Source: Chlamydiia bacterium (GTDB lineage Bacteria; Chlamydiota; Chlamydiia; Chlamydiales; 2-12-FULL-49-11). From it: a stretch of 64,000 nt of DNA. Positions 1 through 7,756 of this stretch are shown here, piece after piece. The notes under the pieces are model-generated. The model was not told where the DNA came from, made no database searches, and saw only the letters and a list, made by a program, of their open reading frames with translations. A program made the translations under genes and the position numbers. Positions within the stretch are counted from its first letter, which is position 1; every line of letters begins with the position of its first letter. The stretch lies in assembly GCA_044359535.1 (NCBI GenBank), contig JBIKLZ010000001.1:73163-137162 (forward strand). The letters are read 5' to 3'.

Positions 1-225
1 TTTATACTATCGATCGTTTTACTTGTTATAGTCCCAATTGTTGTATCTGTTGGGTTTGTGATCGCTCCGGCGATACTGTTTTCTTTAGCAGTCTTAGGTT
101 TTGGCGCACTTATTGTTTCTATAGGCTGTCTTATTGGGCTATCTGTTTTTCGTAAGGAACTTGCATCCAGTTCTTACGCTACCAAGGATTATTCAGTTGA
201 TCCCCAAAGTTCATCAACCGTTTGA
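1..225 (+). CDS. 3' fragment of a membrane protein with an Inc-like long hydrophobic block (5' end outside window)
   Basis: Frame 1 is open from the window edge to TGA at 223-225. Translation FILSIVLLVIVPIVVSVGFVIAPAILFSLAVLGFGALIVSIGCLIGLSVF is an unbroken ~50-aa hydrophobic stretch followed by a short polar tail. Confidence 0.5.
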   Translation, partial: FILSIVLLVIVPIVVSVGFVIAPAILFSLAVLGFGALIVSIGCLIGLSVFRKELASSSYATKDYSVDPQSSSTV

Positions 226-272
226 CATAAAAAATTTTTTTTCTATAACTTGGGATAAGAAAAGGAGAGGTT

Positions 273-899
273 ATGGGAAACACTGCAAGAAAGTTTGAAC
301 AAGAGGGTGCAAACATCTCAATATTAGGGAGAAATTTTCAAATAACAGCTCCAATGAGAGAGTATATTCTCGGTAAAATGGCAAAAATTTGTGATCTTAT
401 CCCTCAGGCAACAGAGGTTAAAGTCCTTTTAGAGATTCAAAAAGAAGAACACAAAGGGGAAATTATCCTCCATTTTTCCCATTTTCATATCACTGTTCAT
501 GCGACAAAAGGGGATGTCTATCAAGCATTTGATGAGTGTTGTGCAAAACTTAAAGGGAAGTTGAGAAAATGGAAAACACAAATTCAAGAGCACCATACAA
601 AAAATATTTTTGATGTAGAAATCTCTTCTCAAGTCTTTGATAGAAAAAAAGAAGAGCTGTTTGAGATCAATGACATGATTGAAGAGGAAAATTTTCATGA
701 AATAGAAGAAGAGTTTTGCCCTTTGATGGTGATGAAAAGGGGTAAAAAAAGGATAGCCACCCTTACAGTAGACGAAGCTTCTATGAGATTTGATCTTTCT
801 TCAGATCCTTTTTTAGTCTATAGAGAAGAAAAGGATCAAAAATTAAAGGTGATGTGGTATGATAAGGATCATGAGTTAACAGTCCTTGAGCTAGAATGA
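273..899 (+). CDS. hpf: ribosome hibernation promoting factor (long HPF / RaiA family)
   Basis: AAGGAGAGG RBS lies upstream. N-terminus ISILGRNFQITAPMREYI fits the RaiA/HPF fold signature. A C-terminal extension (TLTVDEASMRFDLSSDPFLVYREE..KVMWYDKD) is typical of long HPF dimerisation domains. Confidence 0.85.
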   Translation: MGNTARKFEQEGANISILGRNFQITAPMREYILGKMAKICDLIPQATEVKVLLEIQKEEHKGEIILHFSHFHITVHATKGDVYQAFDECCAKLKGKLRKWKTQIQEHHTKNIFDVEISSQVFDRKKEELFEINDMIEEENFHEIEEEFCPLMVMKRGKKRIATLTVDEASMRFDLSSDPFLVYREEKDQKLKVMWYDKDHELTVLELE

Positions 900-1300
900 C
901 CCGAAAAGCCTTTCCTGAAGAAAAAATTCGTCAAAGTTTACTGATGTTTATGCAAGAGGAACTGCTTTATCCAAAAGAGGTGATTGCGGTAGAAAAAAGC
1001 CTTTCAGCCTTTCCCCATTTACAAGGAAAAAAAGTTCCACAGAGAAGGTGTGACATTGCTGTTTTTGGAACAAAAGATCTTTTACCTTTGTTGATTATAG
1101 AATGTAAAGCTGTGGAATTAAATCAAAAAGCGTTTGACCAAGTGATTGGGTACAATCATTTAATCAACGCCCCATTTTTAGCCCTTGCTAATGGAAAAGA
1201 GGTCATTACCCTGATTAAAGGTCAACATGGGTATCAAAAGGTGTGTGGACTTCCTGAATATAAGGTTTTGCTAGAAGGGTGTCATGGAACTTACCGATGA
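896..1300 (+). CDS. HsdR_N-like (type I restriction enzyme R N-terminal / PD-(D/E)xK-like) domain protein
   Basis: The segment CDIAVFGTKD..LLIIECKAVELNQKAFDQVIGYNHLINAPFLALANG resembles stand-alone HsdR_N domain proteins (D...ExK core). Its ATG overlaps the hpf stop (ATGA). Confidence 0.55.
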   Translation: MTRKAFPEEKIRQSLLMFMQEELLYPKEVIAVEKSLSAFPHLQGKKVPQRRCDIAVFGTKDLLPLLIIECKAVELNQKAFDQVIGYNHLINAPFLALANGKEVITLIKGQHGYQKVCGLPEYKVLLEGCHGTYR

Positions 1301-3269
1301 GATCTTTTTGTGGTTAGAAAAGCATAACCCTTTGCTTGCTAGAGAAACGTTCCCAATAGGTCCTTTTTTCCCCTCTAAAAAAACGATAGAGCTTTTAAGT
1401 GATACAGAGGTCTGTATTATTCAAGGGGTTGATTGTCTCCCTCTTTACCCTGTAAAAGGGGTAAAAATCGTTCTTATTGAAGAAAACCTTTCCAAAATTG
1501 GGCCTTTTTTACATCACAAGGGGTTTTTACCCCACAAAGACCTTTATATTTCAACAAAAGAAAAAGAGCAGCTTTATCCAATTTTGCAACAGTGTGTATT
1601 TAAAAAGGTTCAGTATGAAGGGGATCTTGACGATGTTAAAAAAGCAATGGATGAACTAAGGATGGGTTTTTCTGAGTATAGGGATCTTGGGGAAGAAATT
1701 ATTCCAAATATTTTGGGGAATTTAATGCATATCCAAGAATCTATTGATGGAAGGCAACTTAAAGGATTGTTTTTGAATCAAGAGGCTATTGTCTGCGGAA
1801 GTGGGGCCTCTTTACAGGAAGGGATTAAGGAAATACAAGCGATGGAACATCGCCCTTGGATTTTTTCTGTAGGGTCATCTCTCCCCATCTTGATAAAAGA
1901 AGGAATTATCCCCGATTTTTTTGTGGTTATTGACCCTTGTCCCCCTTTAGAACTTTATCAATGTCTACAAGAGCTTAGTATTCCAATTTTTTATCAAAAT
2001 AGGGCAAGTAAAGATCTGTTATACCTTCATAAGGGGCCAAAAGTGTTTATGGGGAGCCATTATGGATGGGAAATAGAAAATTACCTCCTTAAAGAGGTGG
2101 GTATAGAAAATTTCTTTTTCGATGGAGGCTTTCATGCGGGAAATTTTGGAGTGCATATTGCCTTAACTTTAGGGTGCTTAAAAGTGACTTTATTGGGAAT
2201 GGATGGGGTTGCAAAGGAGGGGGAAGAGGTTTCATTAGAAAAAATGGGTAAGAAGACAAGGGGAGATTTGTACTATGGGATGGACTTTTTTTCTCTTCTA
2301 GCACAACATTTTCCTGAAAGGACGTTGTATCATTACACCCAAGGGTTTTCTTTTGAAGGGGCAGTGGTGATTAATAGACTTCATGAAGGGAAAAAAAAGG
2401 AAAATATAACCCTTCCTCAAGGGAAAAAAATTTTAATAGAACGGGTTGAAAAGGTTTTAGAAACCTGTTTTAATCACCCTATGTTACCCATTATAGAAGA
2501 AGGGTTGTCAAAAATTAAAGGTGAGGAAGGAAATGATTTGCTCCTTGCTTGCTTGGGGGCAGAACTTTCTTTATACCCCCTTTATCTTCATTTATGTTTA
2601 CCCCTTTGGGAGGTATGGAAGAATCTTCTTGAAGGGGAGGATGACAAAGGGGTTGCCCATATCACATTTGTCTATACTATTTTAAAAAGATTTTCACAAA
2701 AGACCTCAAAAATAGAGGGGTGCTTTAGCTTATTAGGAAAAAAAGAGGGTCTTTTTGAAAGGCTGGATGACTTAAAACAGGTTCGTGAGAGGGGCTATTA
2801 TTATAACGGTCTAGCTGATGGACTTTTTTCTACCTATGATGAAAATGGGGAGTTAGTTGTCACTTTTGAAATGAAAAAGGGTTTAAGGGATGGGGAGTAT
2901 AGAGTCTATAAGAATATGAAGATCATCCGTGAGGGAAGGTTTTATAAAGGGCTTTGCCACGGAGTCCATCGTTGTTATATTGATGGAAGAGTTGTCGATG
3001 AGTGTTGCTATGAATATGGGAAAAAAAGTGGGGTGCATAGGATCTATACCGATGAGGGGATTAAAATTGAAGAGATTGAATATAAAGAGGGAGATTTTTT
3101 TGACCGTTATAGGTATGACGATGAAGGGGCTTTAATCTATTCAGGGATATGGACAAATGGAATGTTTGAAGAGGAAAGGTTTGATCAAGGGAAACAGATC
3201 TTTTCAAGAAAGGGAAGGATGGTAGAAAACAAAATCATTTTCAAGGAGTGCGATGGGATTATTGATTAA
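1284..3269 (+). CDS. DUF115 (MptE/Maf-like) domain protein with C-terminal MORN-like repeats
   Basis: The central motif AIVCGSGASLQEGIKEI...FSVGSSLPILIKEGIIPDFFVVIDP matches the DUF115 GxGxSL...PD..v..D core. The C-terminal ~130 aa (approx nt 2793-3180) carries repeated Y.G....G....Y units (YYNGLADGLFSTY, GLRDGEYRVY, GLCHGVHRCY, GKKSGVHRIY), which are MORN-like. It overlaps the upstream gene by 17 nt. Confidence 0.6.
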   Translation: MELTDEIFLWLEKHNPLLARETFPIGPFFPSKKTIELLSDTEVCIIQGVDCLPLYPVKGVKIVLIEENLSKIGPFLHHKGFLPHKDLYISTKEKEQLYPILQQCVFKKVQYEGDLDDVKKAMDELRMGFSEYRDLGEEIIPNILGNLMHIQESIDGRQLKGLFLNQEAIVCGSGASLQEGIKEIQAMEHRPWIFSVGSSLPILIKEGIIPDFFVVIDPCPPLELYQCLQELSIPIFYQNRASKDLLYLHKGPKVFMGSHYGWEIENYLLKEVGIENFFFDGGFHAGNFGVHIALTLGCLKVTLLGMDGVAKEGEEVSLEKMGKKTRGDLYYGMDFFSLLAQHFPERTLYHYTQGFSFEGAVVINRLHEGKKKENITLPQGKKILIERVEKVLETCFNHPMLPIIEEGLSKIKGEEGNDLLLACLGAELSLYPLYLHLCLPLWEVWKNLLEGEDDKGVAHITFVYTILKRFSQKTSKIEGCFSLLGKKEGLFERLDDLKQVRERGYYYNGLADGLFSTYDENGELVVTFEMKKGLRDGEYRVYKNMKIIREGRFYKGLCHGVHRCYIDGRVVDECCYEYGKKSGVHRIYTDEGIKIEEIEYKEGDFFDRYRYDDEGALIYSGIWTNGMFEEERFDQGKQIFSRKGRMVENKIIFKECDGIID

Positions 3270-4803
3270 ATATCCAGAGCTTGCCCCTTTATCTTTATTT
3301 TTAGGGGTTCAACAGGGGCAGTTTGTTCAACATGAGCCCCTTTTTGATCCAAAAAATGAAGATCTACTCTTTATTTTTGGAATTTTTTCGATGACAAAAG
3401 ATTTAAAAGGCTTTTTGAAAAAAAATCCTCATATTGAGGTGGTCTTTTTAGTTGAAAGGGTTGAAGAGCTCCTTTTTTTTGTCAAAGAGGGGTTAGATAA
3501 AGGGCTTCATCATGAGCGTATTCATGTTCTTTGGAAGCAAGAGGGGATGGAAGATGAGGATTGGGCCGAAGATATTGCCTCAAAATATCCTTATGAAAAA
3601 GTCCTATTTTTACAAAATGGTTATTGCAAAGAGCGCTTTGCCTTTCTTAAGAAGACAATATTGAGAAAAATTGTCCTTGAAACAAGTGTCCATAAGGAAT
3701 TACTACACTATCCAAAGCTATGCAAAAACCTATTTAAAAACATCTACCATATCACAGAGGCTTTTGACATAGGGCTATGGAAGGATGCCTTTAAAGGGGT
3801 AAGAGCTGTTGTTTGTGGAGCTGGGCCGAGCCTATCTGGACAAAAAAAATACTTAGAACAGATTTGCGAACATACCCTTATTTTTGCAGGGGGTTCAACA
3901 ATTACAGCCCTAGATCAAATGGGGATTAGACCCCATCTTGCTTTTGCTATCGATCCAAATACAGAGGAGTACAATCGATTAAGACACAGCCATTGTTTTA
4001 CGACCCCTTTAATTTATGGAACACGGGTTCAAAAAGATATTTTTAGGTTCTTTTCTGGACCTTATGGCTATATGCGCACAGAGACAGGGGGACTTTTTGA
4101 AGTCTACTTAGATGACGCTTTAGGGATAAAAAATTATGGGATTTTAAAACACCTTTCAGAAGAGGCAATGTCTGTAACAACCATTGCTTTGATGACAGCG
4201 ATCTACCTTGGCTGTGACCCTATTTATTTTGCTGGTGTTGATTTAAGTACAAAAAATTCTGTTCGATACAGCGGAAATATTCTCTCTTCTTGGGAAAACA
4301 GTCTAGAAATAGATAGGATGCAAGAAATCAAATGGATGATGGAAAAGGAGGTGATTGATCAAGTTAAAATCTCATTTCCTGAAAGGTCCTTTTTTGATGC
4401 CACAGGACAAGGATGTACTTTTAGACATATTGAAGCAAAACAATTGGAGCTAAAAGGGCCGCAGATTGCTCGAAATTTAGTGGGGGAAATTGAAACTCTT
4501 TGTAAAAAAACAGCGTTTTGTATACCTAAATCCACTGTGCAACAAAAGATGGTAGAGATAAAGCACTCTTTAGACGATCTATCTTTATGGATTAAAAAAT
4601 ATCTTGAGGGAGATATCGCTTATTCTCTTTTTAGTTACGAGATAGAATTCAATCAAAGTTATAAATTATTTTTTCAGGGGATGGTTTTAGCCCTTATTAA
4701 ACCTTTGCAAAAAAAATTAGGGGTTGAAGGGGAGGCTTTAGCTAAGCAACTGTATGAACGCATTTTAAAAGAAGTAGAGGCCCTATCTTCTTTAATACTT
4801 TAA
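3253..4803 (+). CDS. DUF115 (MptE/Maf-like) domain protein, paralog of the upstream gene
   Basis: AVVCGAGPSLSGQKKYLEQICEHTLIFAGGSTITALDQMGIRPHLAFAIDP has the same core as the previous ORF. An AAGGAG RBS sits inside the upstream gene, and the two overlap by 17 nt. Confidence 0.6.
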   Translation: MGLLIKYPELAPLSLFLGVQQGQFVQHEPLFDPKNEDLLFIFGIFSMTKDLKGFLKKNPHIEVVFLVERVEELLFFVKEGLDKGLHHERIHVLWKQEGMEDEDWAEDIASKYPYEKVLFLQNGYCKERFAFLKKTILRKIVLETSVHKELLHYPKLCKNLFKNIYHITEAFDIGLWKDAFKGVRAVVCGAGPSLSGQKKYLEQICEHTLIFAGGSTITALDQMGIRPHLAFAIDPNTEEYNRLRHSHCFTTPLIYGTRVQKDIFRFFSGPYGYMRTETGGLFEVYLDDALGIKNYGILKHLSEEAMSVTTIALMTAIYLGCDPIYFAGVDLSTKNSVRYSGNILSSWENSLEIDRMQEIKWMMEKEVIDQVKISFPERSFFDATGQGCTFRHIEAKQLELKGPQIARNLVGEIETLCKKTAFCIPKSTVQQKMVEIKHSLDDLSLWIKKYLEGDIAYSLFSYEIEFNQSYKLFFQGMVLALIKPLQKKLGVEGEALAKQLYERILKEVEALSSLIL

Positions 4804-4836
4804 TAAAGGTAAGGTAAAGGTCGGCACAATAGAAGT

Positions 4837-6132
4837 CTATTGCCCTTTTGAAAGTTTAGATATCAATGTCTTTAGCGAAATATTCAACATTTCTGCAGCT
4901 TTTACTTTATTATTTGCGCATTCTTTTAACGTCTCTAAGATGGCAATTGCCTCAATTTGGGCAAGGGTTTTATGAGGAGAAAGAGAAGAAACATTTTTTT
5001 TAGAGCCTTGTTCTAAATAGATATCCTTTGGGGTAATGATATCGCCAGAAACCATAATCGAGGCCCTTTCACAAATATTTTTAAGCTCTCTTACATTTCC
5101 AGGAAAGGGGTATAAAAGGAGGGTGTCTCTTGCTTCGACAGAAAGAATTTTTACAGAGCGATGATTTTCAATGGCTGCCTTTTCTAAAAAGGCTTTAGTT
5201 AGGGGTAAAATGTCTTCTTTTCGATCTCTTAATGGGGGAATGTGTATTGGAAGGACATTTAATCGGTAGTACAAATCTTCACGAAACTTTTTTTCGTACA
5301 TTGTCTCTAACATATTTCTATTGGAGGTGGAAATAAGTCTCACATCAACTTTTTTTGATTCAGTTGATCCAAGTCTTTCAAATTCTTGTTCTTGAATAAT
5401 ACGAAGGAGTTTGGCTTGGAGGGTGTAGGGGACTTCAGAAATCTCATCTAAAAGAAGGGTGCCATTATCGGCAAGCTCAAAGCGCCCTTGTCGAGTTTGA
5501 TAGGCTCCAGTAAAAGCCCCTTTTTCATGACCAAAAAATTCTGATTCAACAAGAGTGTCAGGGATGGCTGCGCAATTGACCCGAATAAAGGGGTTTTTCG
5601 CTCGTGGAGAAAGGGCATGGATCATTTTTGCAATCTCCTCCTTCCCACATCCAGATTCTCCATGGATAAACACATTTGCTCTACAGGATGCAATCAGGCG
5701 CACTTCAGCCATCAATTTTTTCATCACTTCACTTTCATAGATGAAGGGTGTGTGTTTATCTTTAAGGGTCTTTTTTTCAAAAATGATTTTTTCTAACGTC
5801 GCTTTGATCTTTTCCCCATCAATGGGTTTGATCATAAAATCAGTAATGCCCAATCGAAGCGAATCGCTCATCTTAACTACATTTTTTACTTCTGTAAGGA
5901 CAATGACAGCGGCATTAATATGCATTTCATTGATTCTAGAAATAAGATCTCGACCATCCATGTCTGAAAGAGAAAGTTCAATAAAGATCACATCGAAGGA
6001 TTCTTTTTGGATCATTTCAAGGGCTGTGTGCCCCTTTTTAGTCCATTTAAGTTCTAAATTGTGCGCTTTGCAGACAGAGGTAACCCCTTCTAAATAGCTG
6101 TACGATGGATCTATAACTAAAATGCGCTTCAT
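4837..6132 (-). CDS. sigma-54-dependent Fis-family transcriptional activator (receiver + AAA+ + HTH)
   Basis: Walker A GESGCGKE, GAFTGA motif (GHEKGAFTGA), and the REDLYYRLNV and RELKN boxes are present. The C-terminal Fis-type HTH is NNKVKAAEMLNISLKTLISKL. The N-terminal receiver-like domain has E52, not D, at the phospho-acceptor position. Confidence 0.9.
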   Translation of the reverse strand: MKRILVIDPSYSYLEGVTSVCKAHNLELKWTKKGHTALEMIQKESFDVIFIELSLSDMDGRDLISRINEMHINAAVIVLTEVKNVVKMSDSLRLGITDFMIKPIDGEKIKATLEKIIFEKKTLKDKHTPFIYESEVMKKLMAEVRLIASCRANVFIHGESGCGKEEIAKMIHALSPRAKNPFIRVNCAAIPDTLVESEFFGHEKGAFTGAYQTRQGRFELADNGTLLLDEISEVPYTLQAKLLRIIQEQEFERLGSTESKKVDVRLISTSNRNMLETMYEKKFREDLYYRLNVLPIHIPPLRDRKEDILPLTKAFLEKAAIENHRSVKILSVEARDTLLLYPFPGNVRELKNICERASIMVSGDIITPKDIYLEQGSKKNVSSLSPHKTLAQIEAIAILETLKECANNKVKAAEMLNISLKTLISKLSKGQ

Positions 6133-6194
6133 ATATAAATTTCATATATCAAAATCTATAATAAATACATAATTAAAAAATATACTTGCAGAAA

Positions 6195-7007
6195 ATGCTT
6201 TTGTTTGTCATCCTGCTAAGGATGATCCCTATCGCTTTTTTTGCTCTTGTTTCCCTTCTTGCCTCTTGTTCAGATACAAAAAGTCATGTGGAAAAAAGGA
6301 GAATGAAAAATAATCAAACCGAAGAAAAGATTTATCGACACTCTACTGAATACTATTATAAAAAAGAGCCTTTCACCCTTGTGAAAAAAGATCCCTATCC
6401 TTGGGAAAATGAAAGTCCCTTTCCTAAGATTACAATCAATTCTTTAAGGTGTAGGGGAGATCGTAGCCATCCAATCTTAAAACATCTTCAAGGGGAATTT
6501 GAGGATTGTAACGGGATGTATGAACATGGGTTGCCCTATGTGGATCATGAGGAATTTGTCTATCCAGTGTTGCTCACCCTTTTAAATAAAGTGCAAAACG
6601 TTTTTAATAAACAGGTGGTGGTAGTTTCTGGCCATCGATGTCCAAAACATCACCTATACATTACCTTAGGAACTTCAAAGTTATCTAAGTATATGATTGG
6701 GGCAAGGGTTGATTTTACCGTTATTGGGATGGAAGATCAGGGAGAGCTTATCATTGAAAAGATTAAAGAATTCTACTCTGAGGATGAAGAAAAATTTTGT
6801 CATTTTAAAAAAGAGGTGGATTCAACAGGCACTGTTATATGGAGTAATCAAGAAATTCGCCTCTTCATCACAAAAGAGGGAGAGCATAACGTGATTGATA
6901 AAAAGAAGCATCCTGTTGTCACAATTGATGTCTGTTTTGATCGGAAAAAAAATGAACCTGTCTATCTTGATTGGAATCAGGCCTACTCAGGGTACATTCG
7001 AAATTAG
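6195..7007 (+). CDS. putative lipoprotein, function unknown (weak M15/DUF882-like motif)
   Basis: The signal peptide carries a lipobox (LLASC). The track ORF starts at TTG 6186 and the first ATG is 6195. SGHRCPKHH...SKYMIGARVDF loosely resembles the SGYR...SxHxxGxAxD motif of M15A peptidases, with Tyr in place of His. Confidence 0.4.
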   Translation: MLLFVILLRMIPIAFFALVSLLASCSDTKSHVEKRRMKNNQTEEKIYRHSTEYYYKKEPFTLVKKDPYPWENESPFPKITINSLRCRGDRSHPILKHLQGEFEDCNGMYEHGLPYVDHEEFVYPVLLTLLNKVQNVFNKQVVVVSGHRCPKHHLYITLGTSKLSKYMIGARVDFTVIGMEDQGELIIEKIKEFYSEDEEKFCHFKKEVDSTGTVIWSNQEIRLFITKEGEHNVIDKKKHPVVTIDVCFDRKKNEPVYLDWNQAYSGYIRN

Positions 7008-7637
7008 TTCTTTAAGGGAGGTATGGGTCGCTTCTTGATGAGTGGGGTGAATGAATAAAGCATCAATAGAGGCTTTATTTAATGCAGTGACCCCTTTTAT
7101 TGAATCTTCAAGGCCGATTGCCTCTTTACTTTCAATGGAGTAAAGTTGTAAGGCTCTTAAGTACCCATCGGGGGAGGGCTTTGGTAAAAGATAGTCTTCT
7201 TTAGAAATGATGACAGGAATGGATTGAAGAATAGGGTGGTGAGCTATAATTTTTTCAACGTCGGGGCGAAAAGAATTTGTCACAATACAGGTATCTATAA
7301 AAGCATTGTGAAGTAAACCTATGAGTTCATCAGCCCCCTCCATGAGGGCAACAGGATCAGATTGTAAAAGGGTGCTATAAAGATCTATTTTAAGTTTACG
7401 TACCTGTTCCCAAGAATAGGAAAACAAGGGAAAAGCTTTTTTTACAGCTTTGTAAAAGCGATCTCGATCTTTATCATGAGCAAGCAAGCAATAGGTTTCA
7501 AAATCAAGGTGAAGAGGGGCATTTAATTGTTCAAGGACAAGAGTATAGGCTTTATGATGTAAGGGTTCAGTGTTTACCAGCAAGCCATCAAAGTCAAAGC
7601 ATACAAGTTTTTTGTTTCCAAAATATCTTTCAAACAT
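6987..7637 (-). CDS. HAD-superfamily hydrolase (phosphatase / beta-phosphoglucomutase-like)
   Basis: The DxD motif CFDFDGLLVNTE lies near the N-terminus, followed by downstream TNS and GLEDSxxG motifs. The start is set at ATG 7637. The 23 upstream codons of the track ORF are the reverse-strand reading of a tRNA gene. Confidence 0.75.
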   Translation of the reverse strand: MFERYFGNKKLVCFDFDGLLVNTEPLHHKAYTLVLEQLNAPLHLDFETYCLLAHDKDRDRFYKAVKKAFPLFSYSWEQVRKLKIDLYSTLLQSDPVALMEGADELIGLLHNAFIDTCIVTNSFRPDVEKIIAHHPILQSIPVIISKEDYLLPKPSPDGYLRALQLYSIESKEAIGLEDSIKGVTALNKASIDALFIHPTHQEATHTSLKELISNVP

Positions 7638-7720
7638 TACCGATGACCGGACTCGAACCAGCACCTTGTTGCCAAGAGAAGATTTTGAGTCTTCCGCGTC
7701 TACCATTTCGCCACATCGGC
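7638..7720 (-). tRNA. tRNA-Leu (anticodon CAA), class II with long variable arm, no encoded CCA
   Basis: The reverse complement GCCGATGTGGCGAAATGGTAGACGCGGAAGACTCAAAATCTTCTCTTGGCAACAAGGTGCTGGTTCGAGTCCGGTCATCGGTA was folded by hand. It gives a 7-bp acceptor stem, D arm GCG/CGC, anticodon stem GAAGA/TCTTC with loop CTCAAAA, variable stem CTTG/CAAG, and a GGTTCGAGTCC T arm. Confidence 0.9.
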
Positions 7721-7756
7721 TCCTATAAGGAAGGATAACTATACTCCCTTTGTCCT

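Noticed and set aside
4821-4846. Hairpin CAATAG-AAGT-CTATTG between the convergent DUF115 and sigma-54 activator genes as a terminator
   Set aside because: It has only a 6-bp stem with a bulged extension and a weak T tract, and one arm overlaps the activator stop codon. The support is too weak to annotate.
5555-6097. Two plus-strand track ORFs (61 and 118 aa) inside the sigma-54 activator gene
   Set aside because: They are antisense to a gene with unambiguous AAA+/GAFTGA motifs. Their translations are low-complexity (S/I/F-rich), with no RBS or motif.
273-6132. Functional link between hpf (historically called sigma-54 modulation protein) and the nearby sigma-54 activator
   Set aside because: The genes are on opposite strands, separated by three other genes. 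HPF is now known as a ribosome hibernation factor, so the proximity is most simply coincidental.
6133-6194. Sigma-54 promoters (TGGCAC-N5-TTGC) next to the activator gene and upstream of asp23 (around 26420-26450) and other accessory genes
   Set aside because: TTGCA-like elements were seen (6184-6188 and about 26445). No correctly spaced GG element lies 10 nt upstream of either, so no convincing -24/-12 promoter could be supported by eye.
7638-7706. N-terminal 23 codons of track ORF 6987-7706 (MVDAEDSKSSLGNKVLVRVRSSV)
   Set aside because: This stretch is the tRNA-Leu gene read as protein. The HAD domain starts right after the internal ATG at 7637.
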